Source of the DNA: Eledone cirrhosa
Taxonomy: Eukaryota
DNA length: 64,000 bases
Direction of reading: 5' to 3'
Assembly (NCBI GenBank): GCA_964016885.1
Contig: OZ024743.1
Span: forward strand, 135,222,001-135,286,000
Positions 37,401 to 49,500 of the stretch are shown piece by piece (position 1 is the stretch's first letter; each line of letters starts with the position of its first letter). The notes beneath the pieces were generated by a model. That model had not been told where the DNA came from and did not search any database. It was given only the letters and a program-made list of their open reading frames with translations. Made by a program: the position numbers and the translations under genes.

Positions 37401-40400
37401 GTTTGGTGCTTGGTGCTTGGTGTTTGATGTTTGGTGCTTGGTGTTTGGTGCTTGGTGCTTGGTTTTGGTGTTTGGTGCTTGCTGCTTGCTGCTTGGTGTT
37501 TGGTGCTTGGTGATTGGTGCTTGGTGTTTTGTGCTTGGTGCTTGGTGTTTGGTGTTTGGTGCTAGGGGCTTGGTGCTTGGTGCTCGGTGATTAGTGTTTG
37601 GTGCTTGGTGCTTCAGGTTTGGTGTTTGGTGCTTGTGGCTTGGTGTTTGGTGCTGGGTGCTTGGTGCTTGTTGTTTGGTGCTTGGTGCTCGGTGATTAGT
37701 GTTTGGTGCTTGGTGCTTGGGGTTTGGTGTTTGGTGCTTGTGGTTTGGTGTTTGGTGCTTGGTGCTTGGTGTTTGGTGCTTGGTGTTTGGTGCTTGGTGC
37801 TTTGTGTTTGGTGCTTGGTGCTTGGTGTTTGCTGCTTGGTGCTTGGTTTTTGGTGTTTGATGCTGCGTGCTTGGTGTTTGGTGTTTGGTGCTTGGTGCTT
37901 GGTGTTTGGTGTTTGGTGCTTGGTGCCTGGTGCTTGTTGTTTGGTGTTTGGTGCTTGGTGCTTGGTGTTTGGTGTTTGTTGCTTGGTGCTTGGTATCTTG
38001 TGTTTGGTGCTTGGTGTTTGGTGTTTGGTGCTTGGTGCTTGGTGCTTGGTGTTTGGTGTTTGGTGCTTGGTGCTTGGTGTTTGGTGCTTGGTGTTTGGTG
38101 CTTGGTGTTTGATGCTTGGTGTTTGCTGCTTGGTGCTTGGTGCTTGGTGTTTTGTGTTTGGTGCTTGGTGCTTGGTGCCTGGTGCTTGGTGCTTGGTGCT
38201 TGGTGTTTGGTGCTTGATGCTAGGTGCTTGGTGTTTGGTGATTGGTGCTTGGTGCTTGGTGTTTGGTGCTTGGTCCTTGGTGTTTGGTGCTTGGTGTTTG
38301 GTACTTGGTGCTTGGTGTTTGTTTTTGGTGATTGGTGTTTGGTGCTTGGTGCTTTGTGCTTGGTGTTAAGTGTTTGGGTCTTGGTGCTTGGTGCATGGTG
38401 CTTGGTGTTTGGTGCTTGGTGCCTGGTGCTTGGTGTTTGGTGCTTGGTGCTTGGTGCTTGGTATTTGGTGCTTGGTGTTTGGGGCTTGGTGCTTGGTGTT
38501 TGGTGCTTGGTGTTATGTGCTTGGTGTTTGCTGCTTCGTGCTTGGTGCTTGGTGTTAGGTGTTTGGAGCTTGGTGCTTGGTGTTTGATGTTTGGTCCTTG
38601 GTGCTTGGTGTTTGGTGCTTGGTGCTTGGTGTTTGGTCCTTGGTGCTTGTTACTTGGACTTTGGTGCTTGGGGTTTGGTGTTTGGTGCTTGGTGCTTGGT
38701 GTTTGGTGCTTGGTGCTTGGTGCTTGGTGCTTGGTGTTTGGTGCTTGCTGCTCGGTGCTTGGTGTTTGGTGCTTGGTGCTTGGTGATTAGTGTTTGGTGA
38801 TTGGTGCTTCGGTTTTGGTGTTTGGTGCTTCGGGTTTGGTGCTTGGTGCTTGCTGTTTGGTGTTTGGTGTTTGGTTCTTGGTGCTTGGTGTTTGGTGTAT
38901 GGTGTTTGGTGCTTGGTGCTTGGTGCTTGGTGTTTGGTGCTTGGTGCTTGGTGCTTGGTGTTTGGTGCTGCGTGCTTGGTGTTTGGTGTTTGGTGGTTGG
39001 TGCCTGGTGCTTGTTTGGTTTTTGGTGCTTAGTGCTTGGTGTTTGGTGTTTGGTGCTTGGTGCTTGGTGGCTGGTGTTTGGTGCTTGGTGTTTGGTGTTT
39101 GGTGCTTGGTGCTTCGTGCATGGTGTTTCGTGCTTGGTGCTTGGTGCTTGGTGCTTTGTGTTTGGTGCTTGGTGTTTGGTGTTTGGTACTTGGTGCTTGG
39201 TGCTTGGTGCTTGGTGTTTGGTGCTTGGTGCTTGGTGTTTGATGCTGCGTGCTTGGTGTTTGGTGTTTGGTGCTTGGTGCCTGGTGCTTGTTGTTTGGTG
39301 TTTGGTGCTTAGTGCTTGGTGTTTGGTGTTTGGTGATTGGTGTTTGGTGTTTGGTGCTTGGTGCTTGGTACTTGGTGTTTGGTGTTTGGTGCTTGGTGCT
39401 TGGTGTTTGGTGCTTGGTGTTTGGTGTTTGGTGTTTGATGCTTGGTGTTTGCTGGTTGGTGCTTGGTGCTTGGTGTTTTGTGTTTGGTGCTTGGTGCTTG
39501 GTGCCTGGTGTTTGGTTTTTGGTGCTTGGTGTTTGGTGCTTGGTGCTTGGTGTTAAGTGTTTTGGGCTTGGTGCTTGGTGCATGGTGCTTGTTGTTTGGT
39601 GCTTGGTGCCTGGTGCTTGGTGCTTGGTGCTTGGTGTTAAGTGTTTGGGGCTTGGTGCTTGGAGCATGGTGCTTGGTGTTTGGTGCTTGGTGCCTGGTGC
39701 TTGGTGTTTGGTGCTTGGTGCTTGGTGTTTGGTGTTTGGTGTTTGGTGCTTGGTGCTTGGTGTTTGGTGCTTGGTGTTTGGTGCTTGGTGTTGGGTGCTA
39801 GGTGCTTGGTGCTTGGTGCTTGGTGTTTGATGCTGCGTGATTGGTGTTTGGTGTTTGGTGCTTGGTGCTTGGTGTTTGGTGCTTGGTGCTTGGTGCTTGG
39901 TGCTTGGTGCTTGGTGTTTGGTGCTTGGTGCTTGGTGATTAGCGTTTGGTGATTGGTGCTTGGGGTTTGGTGTTTGGTACTTGGTGTTTGGTGCTTGGTG
40001 CTTGCTGTTTGGTGTTTGGTGTTTGGTTCTTGGTGCTTGGTGTTTGGTGTTTGGTGTTTGGTGCTTGGTGCTTGGTGCTTGGTGTTTGGTGCTTGGTGCT
40101 TGGTGCTTGGTGTTTGGTGCTGCGTGCTTGGTGTTTGGTGTTTGGTGCTTGGTGCCTGCTGCTTGTTGTTTGGTGTTTGGTGCTAAGTGCTTGGTGTTTG
40201 GTGTTTGGTGCTTGGTGCTTGGTGGCTGGTGTTTGGTGCTTGGTGTTTGGTGTTTGGTGCTTGGTGCTTGGTGCCTGGTGTTTCGTGCTTGGTGCTTGGT
40301 GCTTGGTGTTTGGTGTTTGGTGCTTGGTGGTTGGTGTTTGGTACTTGGTGCTTGGTGTTTGGTGCTTGGTGCTTGGTGCTTTGTGTTTGATGCTGCGTGC

Positions 40401-43400
40401 TTGGTGTTTGGTGTTTGGTGCTTGGTGCTTGGTGTTTGGTGTTTCGTGCTTGGTGCCTGGTGCTTGTTGTTTGGTGTTTGCTGCTTGGTGCTTGGTGTTT
40501 GGTGTTTGGTGCTTGGTGCTTGGTATCTGGTGTTTGGTGCTTGGTGTTTGGTGTTTGGTGCTTGGTGCTTGGTGCTTGGTGTTTGGTGTTTGGTGCTTGG
40601 TGCTTGGTGTTTGGTGCTTGGTGTTTGGTGTTTGGTGTTTGATGCTTGGTGTTTGCTGCTTGGTGCTTGGTGCTTGGTGTTTTGTGTTTGGTGCTGGGTG
40701 CTTGGTGTTTGCTGCTTGGTGCTTGGTTTTTGGTGTTTGATGCTGCGTGCTTGGTGTTTGGTGTTTGGTGCTTGGTGCTTGGTGTTTGGTGTTTGGTGCT
40801 TGGTGCCTGGTGCTTGTTGTTTGGTGTTTGGTGCTTGGTGCTTGGTGTTTGGTGTTGTTGCTTGGTGCTTGGTGCTTGGTGCCTGGTGCTTGGTGCTTGG
40901 TGTTTGGTGCTTGGTGCTTGGTGCTTGGTGTTTGGTGATTGGTGCTTGGTGCTTGGTGTTTGGTGCTTGGTGCTTGGTGTTTGGTGCTTGGTGTTATGTG
41001 CTTGGTGTTTGGTGCTTGGTGCTTGGTGCTTGGTGTTAGGTGTTTGGAGCTTGGTGCTTGGTGTTTGATGTTTGGTCCTTGGTGCTTGGTGTTTGGTGCT
41101 TGGTGCTTGGTGTTTGGTGTTTGGTGCTTGCTGCTTGCTGCTTGGTGTTTGGTGCTTGGTGATTGGTACTTGGTGTTTGGTGCTTGGTGCTTGGTGTTTG
41201 GTGTTTGGTGCTAGGTGCTTGGTGCTTGGTGCTTGGTGTTTGGTGCTTGGTGCTTGGTGTTTGGTGTTTGGTGCTTGGTGCTTGGGGCTTGGTGTTTGGT
41301 GCTTAGTGCTTGGTGCTTGGTGTTTGGTGCTTGGTGCTTGGTGTTTGGTGTTTGGTGCTAGGTGCTTGGTGCTTGGTGTTTGGTGTTTGGTGCTTGGTGT
41401 TTGGTGCTTGGTGCTTGGTGCTTGGTGCTTATTGTTTGGTGCTTAGTACTTGGTGCTTCGTGCTTGGTCTTTGGTGCTTGGTGTTTGGTGTTTGGTGCTT
41501 GGTGCTTGGTGTTTGGTGCTTGGTGCTTGGTGCTTGGTGTTTGGTGCTTGGTGCTTGGTGCTTGGTGATTAGTGTTTGGTGCCTGGTGCTTGGTGCCTGG
41601 TGCTTGGTGCTTGGTGCTTGTTGTTTGGTGCTTGGTGCTTGGTGATTAGTGTTTGGTGCTTGGTGCTTGAGGTTTGGTGTTTGGTGCTTGGGGTTTGGTG
41701 TTTGGTGCTGGGTGCTTTGTGTTTGGTGCTTGGTATTTGGTGCTTGGTGCTTGGTGTTCGGTGCTTGGTGCCTGGTGCTTGGTGTTTGGTGCTTGGTGCT
41801 TGGTGTTAGGTGATTGGTGCTTGGTGCTTGGTGCTTGGTGCTTGGTGTTAGGCGTTTGGTGCTTGGTGCTTGGTGTTTGATGTTTGGTCCTTGGTGCTTG
41901 GTGTTTGGTATTTGGTGCTTGGTGCTTGGTGTTTGGTGTTTGGTGCTTGGTGCTTGGTGTTTTGTGCTTTTTGCTTGGTGTTTGGTGTTTGGTGCTAGGG
42001 TCTTGGTGCTTGGTGCTTGGTGTTTGGTGCTTGGTGCTTGGTGTTTGGTGTTTGGTGCTTGGTGCGTGGGGCTTGGTGTTTGGTGCTTGGTGTTTGGTGC
42101 TTGGTGTTTGGTGCTTGCTGTTTGGTGCTTGGTGCTTGGTGTTTGGTGTTTGGTGTTTGGTGCTTGGTGCTTGGTGTTTGGTGCTTGGTGCTTGGTGCTT
42201 GGTGCTTGGTGCTTGGTGTTTGGTGCTTGGTGCTTGGTGATTAGCGTTTGGTGATTGGTGCTTGGGGTTTGGTGTTTGGTACTTGGTGTTTGGTGCTTGG
42301 TGCTTGCTGTTTGGTGTTTGGTGTTTGGTTCTTGGTGCTTGGTGTTTGGTGTTTGGTGTTTGGTGCTTGGTGCTTGGTGCTTGGTGTTTGGTGCTTGGTG
42401 CTTGGTGCTTGGTGTTTGGTGCTGCGTGCTTGGTGTTTGGTGTTTGGTGCTTGGTGCCTGCTGCTTGTTGTTTGGTGTTTGGTGCTAAGTGCTTGGTGTT
42501 TGGTGTTTGGTGCTTGGTGCTTGGTGGCTGGTGTTTGGTGCTTGGTGTTTGGTGTTTGGTGCTTGGTGCTTGGTGCCTGGTGTTTCGTGCTTGGTGCTTG
42601 GTGCTTGGTGTTTGGTGTTTGGTGCTTGGTGGTTGGTGTTTGGTACTTGGTGCTTGGTGTTTGGTGCTTGGTGCTTGGTGCTTTGTGTTTGATGCTGCGT
42701 GCTTGGTGTTTGGTGTTTGGTGTTTCGTGCTTGGTGCCTGGTGCTTGTTGTTTGGTGTTTGCTGCTTGGTGCTTGGTGTTTCGTGTTTGGTGCTTGGTGC
42801 TTGGTATCTGGTGTTTGGTGCTTGGTGTTTGGAGTTTGGTGCTTGGTGCTTGGTGCTTGGTGTTTGGTGTTTGGTGCTTGGTGCTTGGTGTTTGGTGCTT
42901 GGTGTTTGGTGTTTGGTGTTTGATGCTTGGTGTTTGCTGCTTGGTGCTTGGTGCTTGGTGTTTTGTGTTTGGTGCTGGGTGCTTGGTGCCTGGTGCTTGG
43001 TGCTTGGTGCTTGTTGTTTGGTGCTTGGTGCTTGGTGATTAGTGTTTGGTGCTTGGTGCTTGCGGTTTGGTGTTTCGTGCTTGGAGTTTGGTGTTTGGTG
43101 CTTGGTGCTTGGTGTTTGGTGCTTGGTGCTTGGTGTTTGGTGCTTGGTGCCTGGTGCTTGGTGTTTGCTGCTTGGTGCTTGGTGTTTGGTGCTTATTGTT
43201 TGGTGCTTGGTGCTTGGTGCTTGGTGCTTGGTGTTAGGTGTTTGGTGCTTGGTGCTTGGTGTTTGATGTTTGGTCCTTGGTGCTTGGTGTTTGGTGCTTG
43301 GTGCTTGGTGTTTGGTGTTTGGTGCTTGCTGCTTGCTGCTTGGTGTTTGGTGCTTGGTGATTGGTACTTGGTGTTTGGTGCTTGGTGCTTGGTGTTTGGT

Positions 43401-45010
43401 GTTTGGTGCTAGGTGCTTGGTGCTTGGTGCTTGGTGTTTGGTGCTTGGTGCTTGGTGTTTGGTGTTTGGTGCTTGGTGCTTGGGGCTTGGTGTTTGGTGC
43501 TTAGTGCTTGGTGCTTGGTGTTTGGTGCTTGGTGCTTGGTGTTTGGTGTTTGGTGCTAGGTGCTTGGTGCTTGGTGTTTGGTGTTTGGTGCTTGGTGTTT
43601 GGTGCTTGGTGCTTGGTGCTTGGTGCTTGGTGCTTATTGTTTGGTGCTTGGTACTTGGTGCTTGGTGCTTGGTCTTTGGTGCTTGGTGTTTGGTGTTTGG
43701 TGCTTGGTGCTTGGTGTTTGGTGCTTGGTGCTTGGTGCTTGGTGTTTGGTGCTTGGTGCTTGGTGCTTGGTGATTAGTGTTTGGTGCCTGGTGCTTGGTG
43801 CCTGGTGCTTGGTGCTTGGTGCTTGTTGTTTGGTGCTTGGTGCTTGGTGATTAGTGTTTGGTGCTTGGTGCTTGAGGTTTGGTGTTTGGTGCTTGGGGTT
43901 TGGTGTTTGGTGCTGGGTGCTTTGTGTTTGGTGCTTGGTATTTGGTGCTTGGTGCTTGGTGTTCGGTGCTTGGTGCCTGGTGCTTGGTGTTTGGTGCTTG
44001 GTGCTTGGTGTTAGGTGATTGGTGCTTGGTGCTTGGTGCTTGGTGCTTGGTGTTAGGCGTTTGGTGCTTGGTGCTTGGTGTTTGATGTTTGGTCCTTGGT
44101 GCTTGGTGTTTGGTATTTGGTGCTTGGTGCTTGGTGTTTGGTGTTTGGTGCTTGGTGCTTGGTGTTTTGTGCTTTTTGCTTGGTGTTTGGTGTTTGGTGC
44201 TAGGGTCTTGGTGCTTGGTGCTTGGTGTTTGGTGCTTGGTGCTTGGTGTTTGGTGTTTGGTGCTTGGTGTGTGGGGCTTGGTGTTTGGTGCTTGGTGTTT
44301 GGTGCTTGGTGTTTGGTGCTTGCTGTTTGGTGCTTGGTGCTTGGTGCTTGGTGCTTGGTGCTTGGTGTTTGGTGCTTGGTGCTTGGTGATTAGCGTTTGG
44401 TGATTGGTGCTTGGGGTTTGGTGTTTGGTACTTGGTGTTTGGTGCTTGGTGCTTGCTGTTTGGTGTTTGGTGTTTGGTTCTTGGTGCTTGGTGTTTGGTG
44501 TTTGGTGTTTGGTGCTTGGTGCTTGGTGCTTGGTGTTTGGTGCTTGGTGCTTGGTGCTTGGTGTTTGGTGCTGCGTGCTTGGTGTTTGGTGTTTGGTGCT
44601 TGGTGCCTGCTGCTTGTTGTTTGGTGTTTGGTGCTAAGTGCTTGGTGTTTGGTGTTTGGTGCTTGGTGCTTGGTGGCTGGTGTTTGGTGCTTGGTGTTTG
44701 GTGTTTGGTGCTTGGTGCTTGGTGCCTGGTGTTTCGTGCTTGGTGCTTGGTGCTTGGTGTTTGGTGTTTGGTGCTTGGTGGTTGGTGTTTGGTACTTGGT
44801 GCTTGGTGTTTGGTGCTTGGTGCTTGGTGCTTTGTGTTTGATGCTGCGTGCTTGGTGTTTGGTGTTTGGTGCTTGGTGCTTGGTGTTTGGTGTTTCGTGC
44901 TTGGTGCCTGGTGCTTGTTGTTTGGAGTTTGCTGCTTGGTGCTTGGTGTTTCGTGTTTGGTGCTTTGTGCTTGGTATCTGGTGTTTGGTGCTTGGTGTTT
45001 GGAGTTTGGT
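34411..45010 (+). repeat. ~10.7-kb higher-order repeat, copy 2
   Basis: 10680 = 178 x 60, so printed lines repeat verbatim, e.g. line 25081 = line 35761 and line 29701 = line 40381. Only a few substitutions were seen between the copies. Confidence 0.92.
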
Positions 45011-46579
45011 GCTTGGTGCTTGGTGCTTGGTGTTTGGTGTTTGGTGCTTGGTGCTTGGTGTTTGGTGCTTGGTGTTTGGTGTTTGGTGTTTGATGCTTGG
45101 TGTTTGCTGCTTGGTGCTTGGTGCTTGGTGTTGTGTTTGGTGCTGGGTGCTTGGTGCCTGGTGCTTGGTGCTTGGTGCTTGTTGTTTGGTGCTTGGTGCT
45201 TGGTGATTAGTGTTTGGTGCTTGGTGCTTGCGGTTTGGTGTTTCGTGCTTGGAGTTTGGTGTTTGGTGCTTGGTGCTTGGTGTTTTGTGCTTTTTGCTTG
45301 GTGTTTGGTGTTTGGTGCTAGGGTCTTGGTGCTTGGTGCTTGGTGTTTGGTGCTTGGTGCTTGGTGTTTGGTGTTTGGTGCTTGGTGCGTGGGGCTTGGT
45401 GTTTGGTGCTTGGTGTTTGGTGCTTGGTGTTTGGTGCTTGCTGTTTGGTGCTTGGTGCTTGGTGTTTGGTGTTTGGTGTTTGGTGCTTGGTGCTTGGTGT
45501 TTGGTGCTTGGTGCTTGGTGCTTGGTGCTTGGTGCTTGGTGTTTGGTGCTTGGTGCTTGGTGATTAGCGTTTGGTGATTGGTGCTTGGGGTTTGGTGTTT
45601 GGTACTTGGTGTTTGGTGCTTGGTGCTTGCTGTTTGGTGTTTGGTGTTTGGTTCTTGGTGCTTGGTGTTTGGTGTTTGGTGTTTGGTGCTTGGTGCTTGG
45701 TGCTTGGTGTTTGGTGCTTGGTGCTTGGTGCTTGGTGTTTGGTGCTGCGTGCTTGGTGTTTGGTGTTTGGTGCTTGGTGCCTGCTGCTTGTTGTTTGGTG
45801 TTAGGTGCTAAGTGCTTGGTGTTTGGTGTTTGGTGCTTGGTGCTTGGTGGCTGGTGTTTGGTGCTTGGTGTTTGGTGTTTGGTGCTTGGTGCTTGGTGCC
45901 TGGTGTTTCGTGCTTGGTGCTTGGTGCTTGGTGTTTGGTGTTTGGTGCTTGGTGGTTGGTGTTTGGTACTTGGTGCTTGGTGTTTGGTGCTTGGTGCTTG
46001 GTGCTTTGTGTTTGATGCTGCGTGCTTGGTGTTTGGTGTTTGGTGCTTGGTGCTTGGTGTTTGGTGTTTCGTGCTTGGTGCCTGGTGCTTGTTGTTTGGT
46101 GTTTGCTGCTTGGTGCTTGGTGTTTCGTGTTTGGTGCTTGGTGCTTGGTATCTGGTGTTTGGTGCTTGGTGTTTGGAGTTTGGTGCTTGGTGCTTGGTGC
46201 TTGGTGTTTGGTGTTTGGTGCTTGGTGCTTGGTGTTTGGTGCTTGGTGTTTGGTGTTTGGTGTTTGATGCTTGGTGTTTGCTGCTTGGTGCTTGGTGCTT
46301 GGTGTTTTGTGTTTGGTGCTGGGTGCTTGGTGCCTGGTGCTTGGTGCTTGGTGCTTGTTGTTTGGTGCTTGGTGCTTGGTGATTAGTGTTTGGTGCTTGG
46401 TGCTTGCGGTTTGGTGTTTCGTGCTTGGAGTTTGGTGTTTGGTGCTTGGTGCTTGGTGTTTGGTGCTTGGTGCCTGGTGCTTGGTGTTTGCTGCTTGGTG
46501 CTTGGTGTTTGGTGCTTATTGTTTGGTGCTTGGTGCTTGGTGCTTGGTGCTTGGTGTTAGGTGTTTGGTGCTTGGTGCT

Positions 46580-49500
46580 TGGTGTTTGATGTTTGGTCCT
46601 TGGTGCTTGGTGTTTGGTGCTTGGTGCTTGGTGTTTGGTGTTTGGTGCTTGCTGCTTGCTGCTTGGTGTTTGGTGCTTGGTGATTGGTACTTGGTGTTTG
46701 GTGCTTGGTGCTTGGTGTTTGGTGTTTGGTGCTAGGTGCTTGGTGCTTGGTGCTTGGTGTTTGGTGCTTGGTGCTTGGTGTTTGGTGTTTGGTGCTTGGT
46801 GCTTGGGGCTTGGTGTTTGGTGCTTAGTGCTTGGTGCTTGGTGTTTGGTGCTTGGTGCTTGGTGTTTGGTGTTTGGTCCTAGGTGGTTGGTGCTTGGTGT
46901 TTGGTGTTTGGTGCTTGGTGTTTGGTGCTTGGTGCTTGGTGCTTGGTGCTTATTGTTTGGTGCTTGGTACTTGGTGCTTGGTGCTTGGTCTTTGGTGCTT
47001 GGTGTTTGGTGTTTGGTGCTTGGTGCTTGGTGTTTGGTGCTTGGTGCTTGGTGCTTGGTGTTTGGTGCTTGGTGCTTGGTGCTTGGTGATTAGTGTTTGG
47101 TGCCTGGTGCTTGGTGCCTGGTGCTTGGTGCTTGGTGCTTGTTGTTTGGTGCTTGGTGCTTGGTGATTAGTGTTTGGTGCTTGGTGCTTGAGGTTTGGTG
47201 TTTGGTGCTTGGGGTTTGGTGTTTGGTGCTGGGTGCTTTGTGTTTGGTGCTTGGTATTTGGTGCTTGGTGCTTGGTGTTCGGTGCTTGGTGCCTGGTGCT
47301 TGGTGTTTGGTGCTTGGTGCTTGGTGTTAGGTGATTGGTGCTTGGTGCTTGGTGCTTGGTGCTTGGTGTTAGGCGTTTGGTGCTTGGTGCTTGGTGTTTG
47401 ATGTTCGGTCCTTGGTGCTTGGTGTTTGGTATTTGGTGCTTGGTGCTTGGTGTTTGGTGTTTGGTGCTTGGTGCTTGGTGTTTTGTGCTTTTTGCTTGGT
47501 GTTTGGTGTTTGGTGCTAGGGTCTTGGTGCTTGGTGCTTGGTGTTTGGTGCTTGGTGCTTGGTGTTTGGTGTTTGGTGCTTGGTGTGTGGGGCTTGGTGT
47601 TTGGTGCTTGGTGTTTGGTGCTTGGTGTTTGGTGCTTGCTGTTTGGTGCTTGGTGCTTGGTGTTTGGTGTTTGGTGTTTGGTGCTTGGTGCTTGGTGTTT
47701 GGTGCTTGGTGCTTGGTGCTTGGTGCTTGGTGCTTGGTGTTTGGTGCTTGGTGCTTGGTGATTAGCGTTTGGTGATTGGTGCTTGGGGTTTGGTGTTTGG
47801 TACTTGGTGTTTGGTGCTTGGTGCTTGCTGTTTGGTGTTTGGTGTTTGGTTCTTGGTGCTTGGTGTTTGGTGTTTGGTGTTTGGTGCTTGGTGCTTGGTG
47901 CTTGGTGTTTGGTGCTTGGTGCTTGGTGCTTGGTGTTTGGTGCTGCGTGCTTGGTGTTTGGTGTTTGGTGCTTGGTGCCTGCTGCTTGTTGTTTGGTGTT
48001 TGGTGCTAAGTGCTTGGTGTTTGGTGTTTGGTGCTTGGTGCTTGGTGGCTGGTGTTTGGTGCTTGGTGTTTGGTGTTTGGTGCTTGGTGCTTGGTGCCTG
48101 GTGTTTCGTGCTTGGTGCTTGGTGCTTGGTGTTTGGTGTTTGGTGCTTGGTGGTTGGTGTTTGGTACTTGGTGCTTGGTGTTTGGTGCTTGGTGCTTGGT
48201 GCTTTGTGTTTGATGCTGCGTGCTTGGTGTTTGGTGTTTGGTGCTTGGTGCTTGGTGTTTGGTGTTTCGTGCTTGGTGCCTGGTGCTTGTTGTTTGGTGT
48301 TTGCTGCTTGGTGCTTGGTGTTTCGTGTTTGGTGCTTTGTGCTTGGTATCTGGTGTTTGGTGCTTGGTGTTTGGAGTTTGGTGCTTGGTGCTTGGTGCTT
48401 GGTGTTTGGTGTTTGGTGCTTGGTGCTTGGTGTTTGGTGCTTGGTGTTTGGTGTTTGGTGTTTGATGCTTGGTGTTTGCTGCTTGGTGCTTGGTGCTTGG
48501 TGTTTTGTGTTTGGTGCTGGGTGCTTGGTGCCTGGTGCTTGGTGCTTGGTGCTTGTTGTTTGGTGCTTGGTGCTTGGTGATTAGTGTTTGGTGCTTGGTG
48601 CTTGCGGTTTGGTGTTTCGTGCTTGGAGTTTGGTGTTTGGTGCTTGGTGCTTGGATTTTGGTGCTTGGTGCTTGGTGTTTGGTGCTTGGTGCCTGGTGCT
48701 TGGTGTTTGCTGCTTGGTGCTTGGTGTTTGGTGCTTATTGTTTGGTGCTTGGTGCTTGGTGCTTGGTGCTTGGTGTTAGGTGTTTGGTGCTTGGTGCTTG
48801 GTGATTGATGTTTGGTGCTTGGTGTTTGGTGCTTGGTGCTTGGTTTTGGTGTTTGGTGCTTGCTGCTTGCTGCTTGGTGTTTGGTGCTTGGTGATTGGTG
48901 CTTGGTGTTTTGTGCTTGGTGGTTGGTGTTTGGTGTTTGGTGCTAGGGGCTTGGTGCTTGGTGCTCGGTGATTAGTGTTTGGTGCTTGGTGCTTCAGGTT
49001 TGGTGTTTGGTGCTTGTGGCTTGGTGTTTGGTGCTGGGTGCTTGGTGCTTGTTGTTTGGTGCTTGGTGCTCGGTGATTAGTGTTTGGTGCTTGGTGCTTG
49101 GGGTTTGGGGTTTGGTGCTTGTGGTTTGGTGTTTGGTGCTTGGTGCTTGGTGTTTGGTGCTTGGTGTTTGGTGCTTGGTGCTTGGTGTTTGCTGCTTGGT
49201 GTTTGGTGCTTGGTGCTTGGTGTTTGGTGTTTGGTGCTTGGTGTTTGGTGTTTGGTGCTTGGTGCTTGGTACTTGGTGTTTGGTGTTTGGTGCTTGGTGC
49301 TTGGTGTTTGGTGTTTGGTGTTAGGTGTTTGGTGCTTGGTGCTTGGTGTTTGGTCCTTGGTGCTTGTTGCTTGGACTTTGGTGCTTGGGGTTTGGTGTTT
49401 GGTGCTTGGTGCTTGGTGTTTGGTGCTTGGTGCTTGGTGCTTGGTGCTTGGTGTTTGGTGCTTGCTGCTTGGTGCTTGGTGTTTGGTGCTTGGTGCTTGG

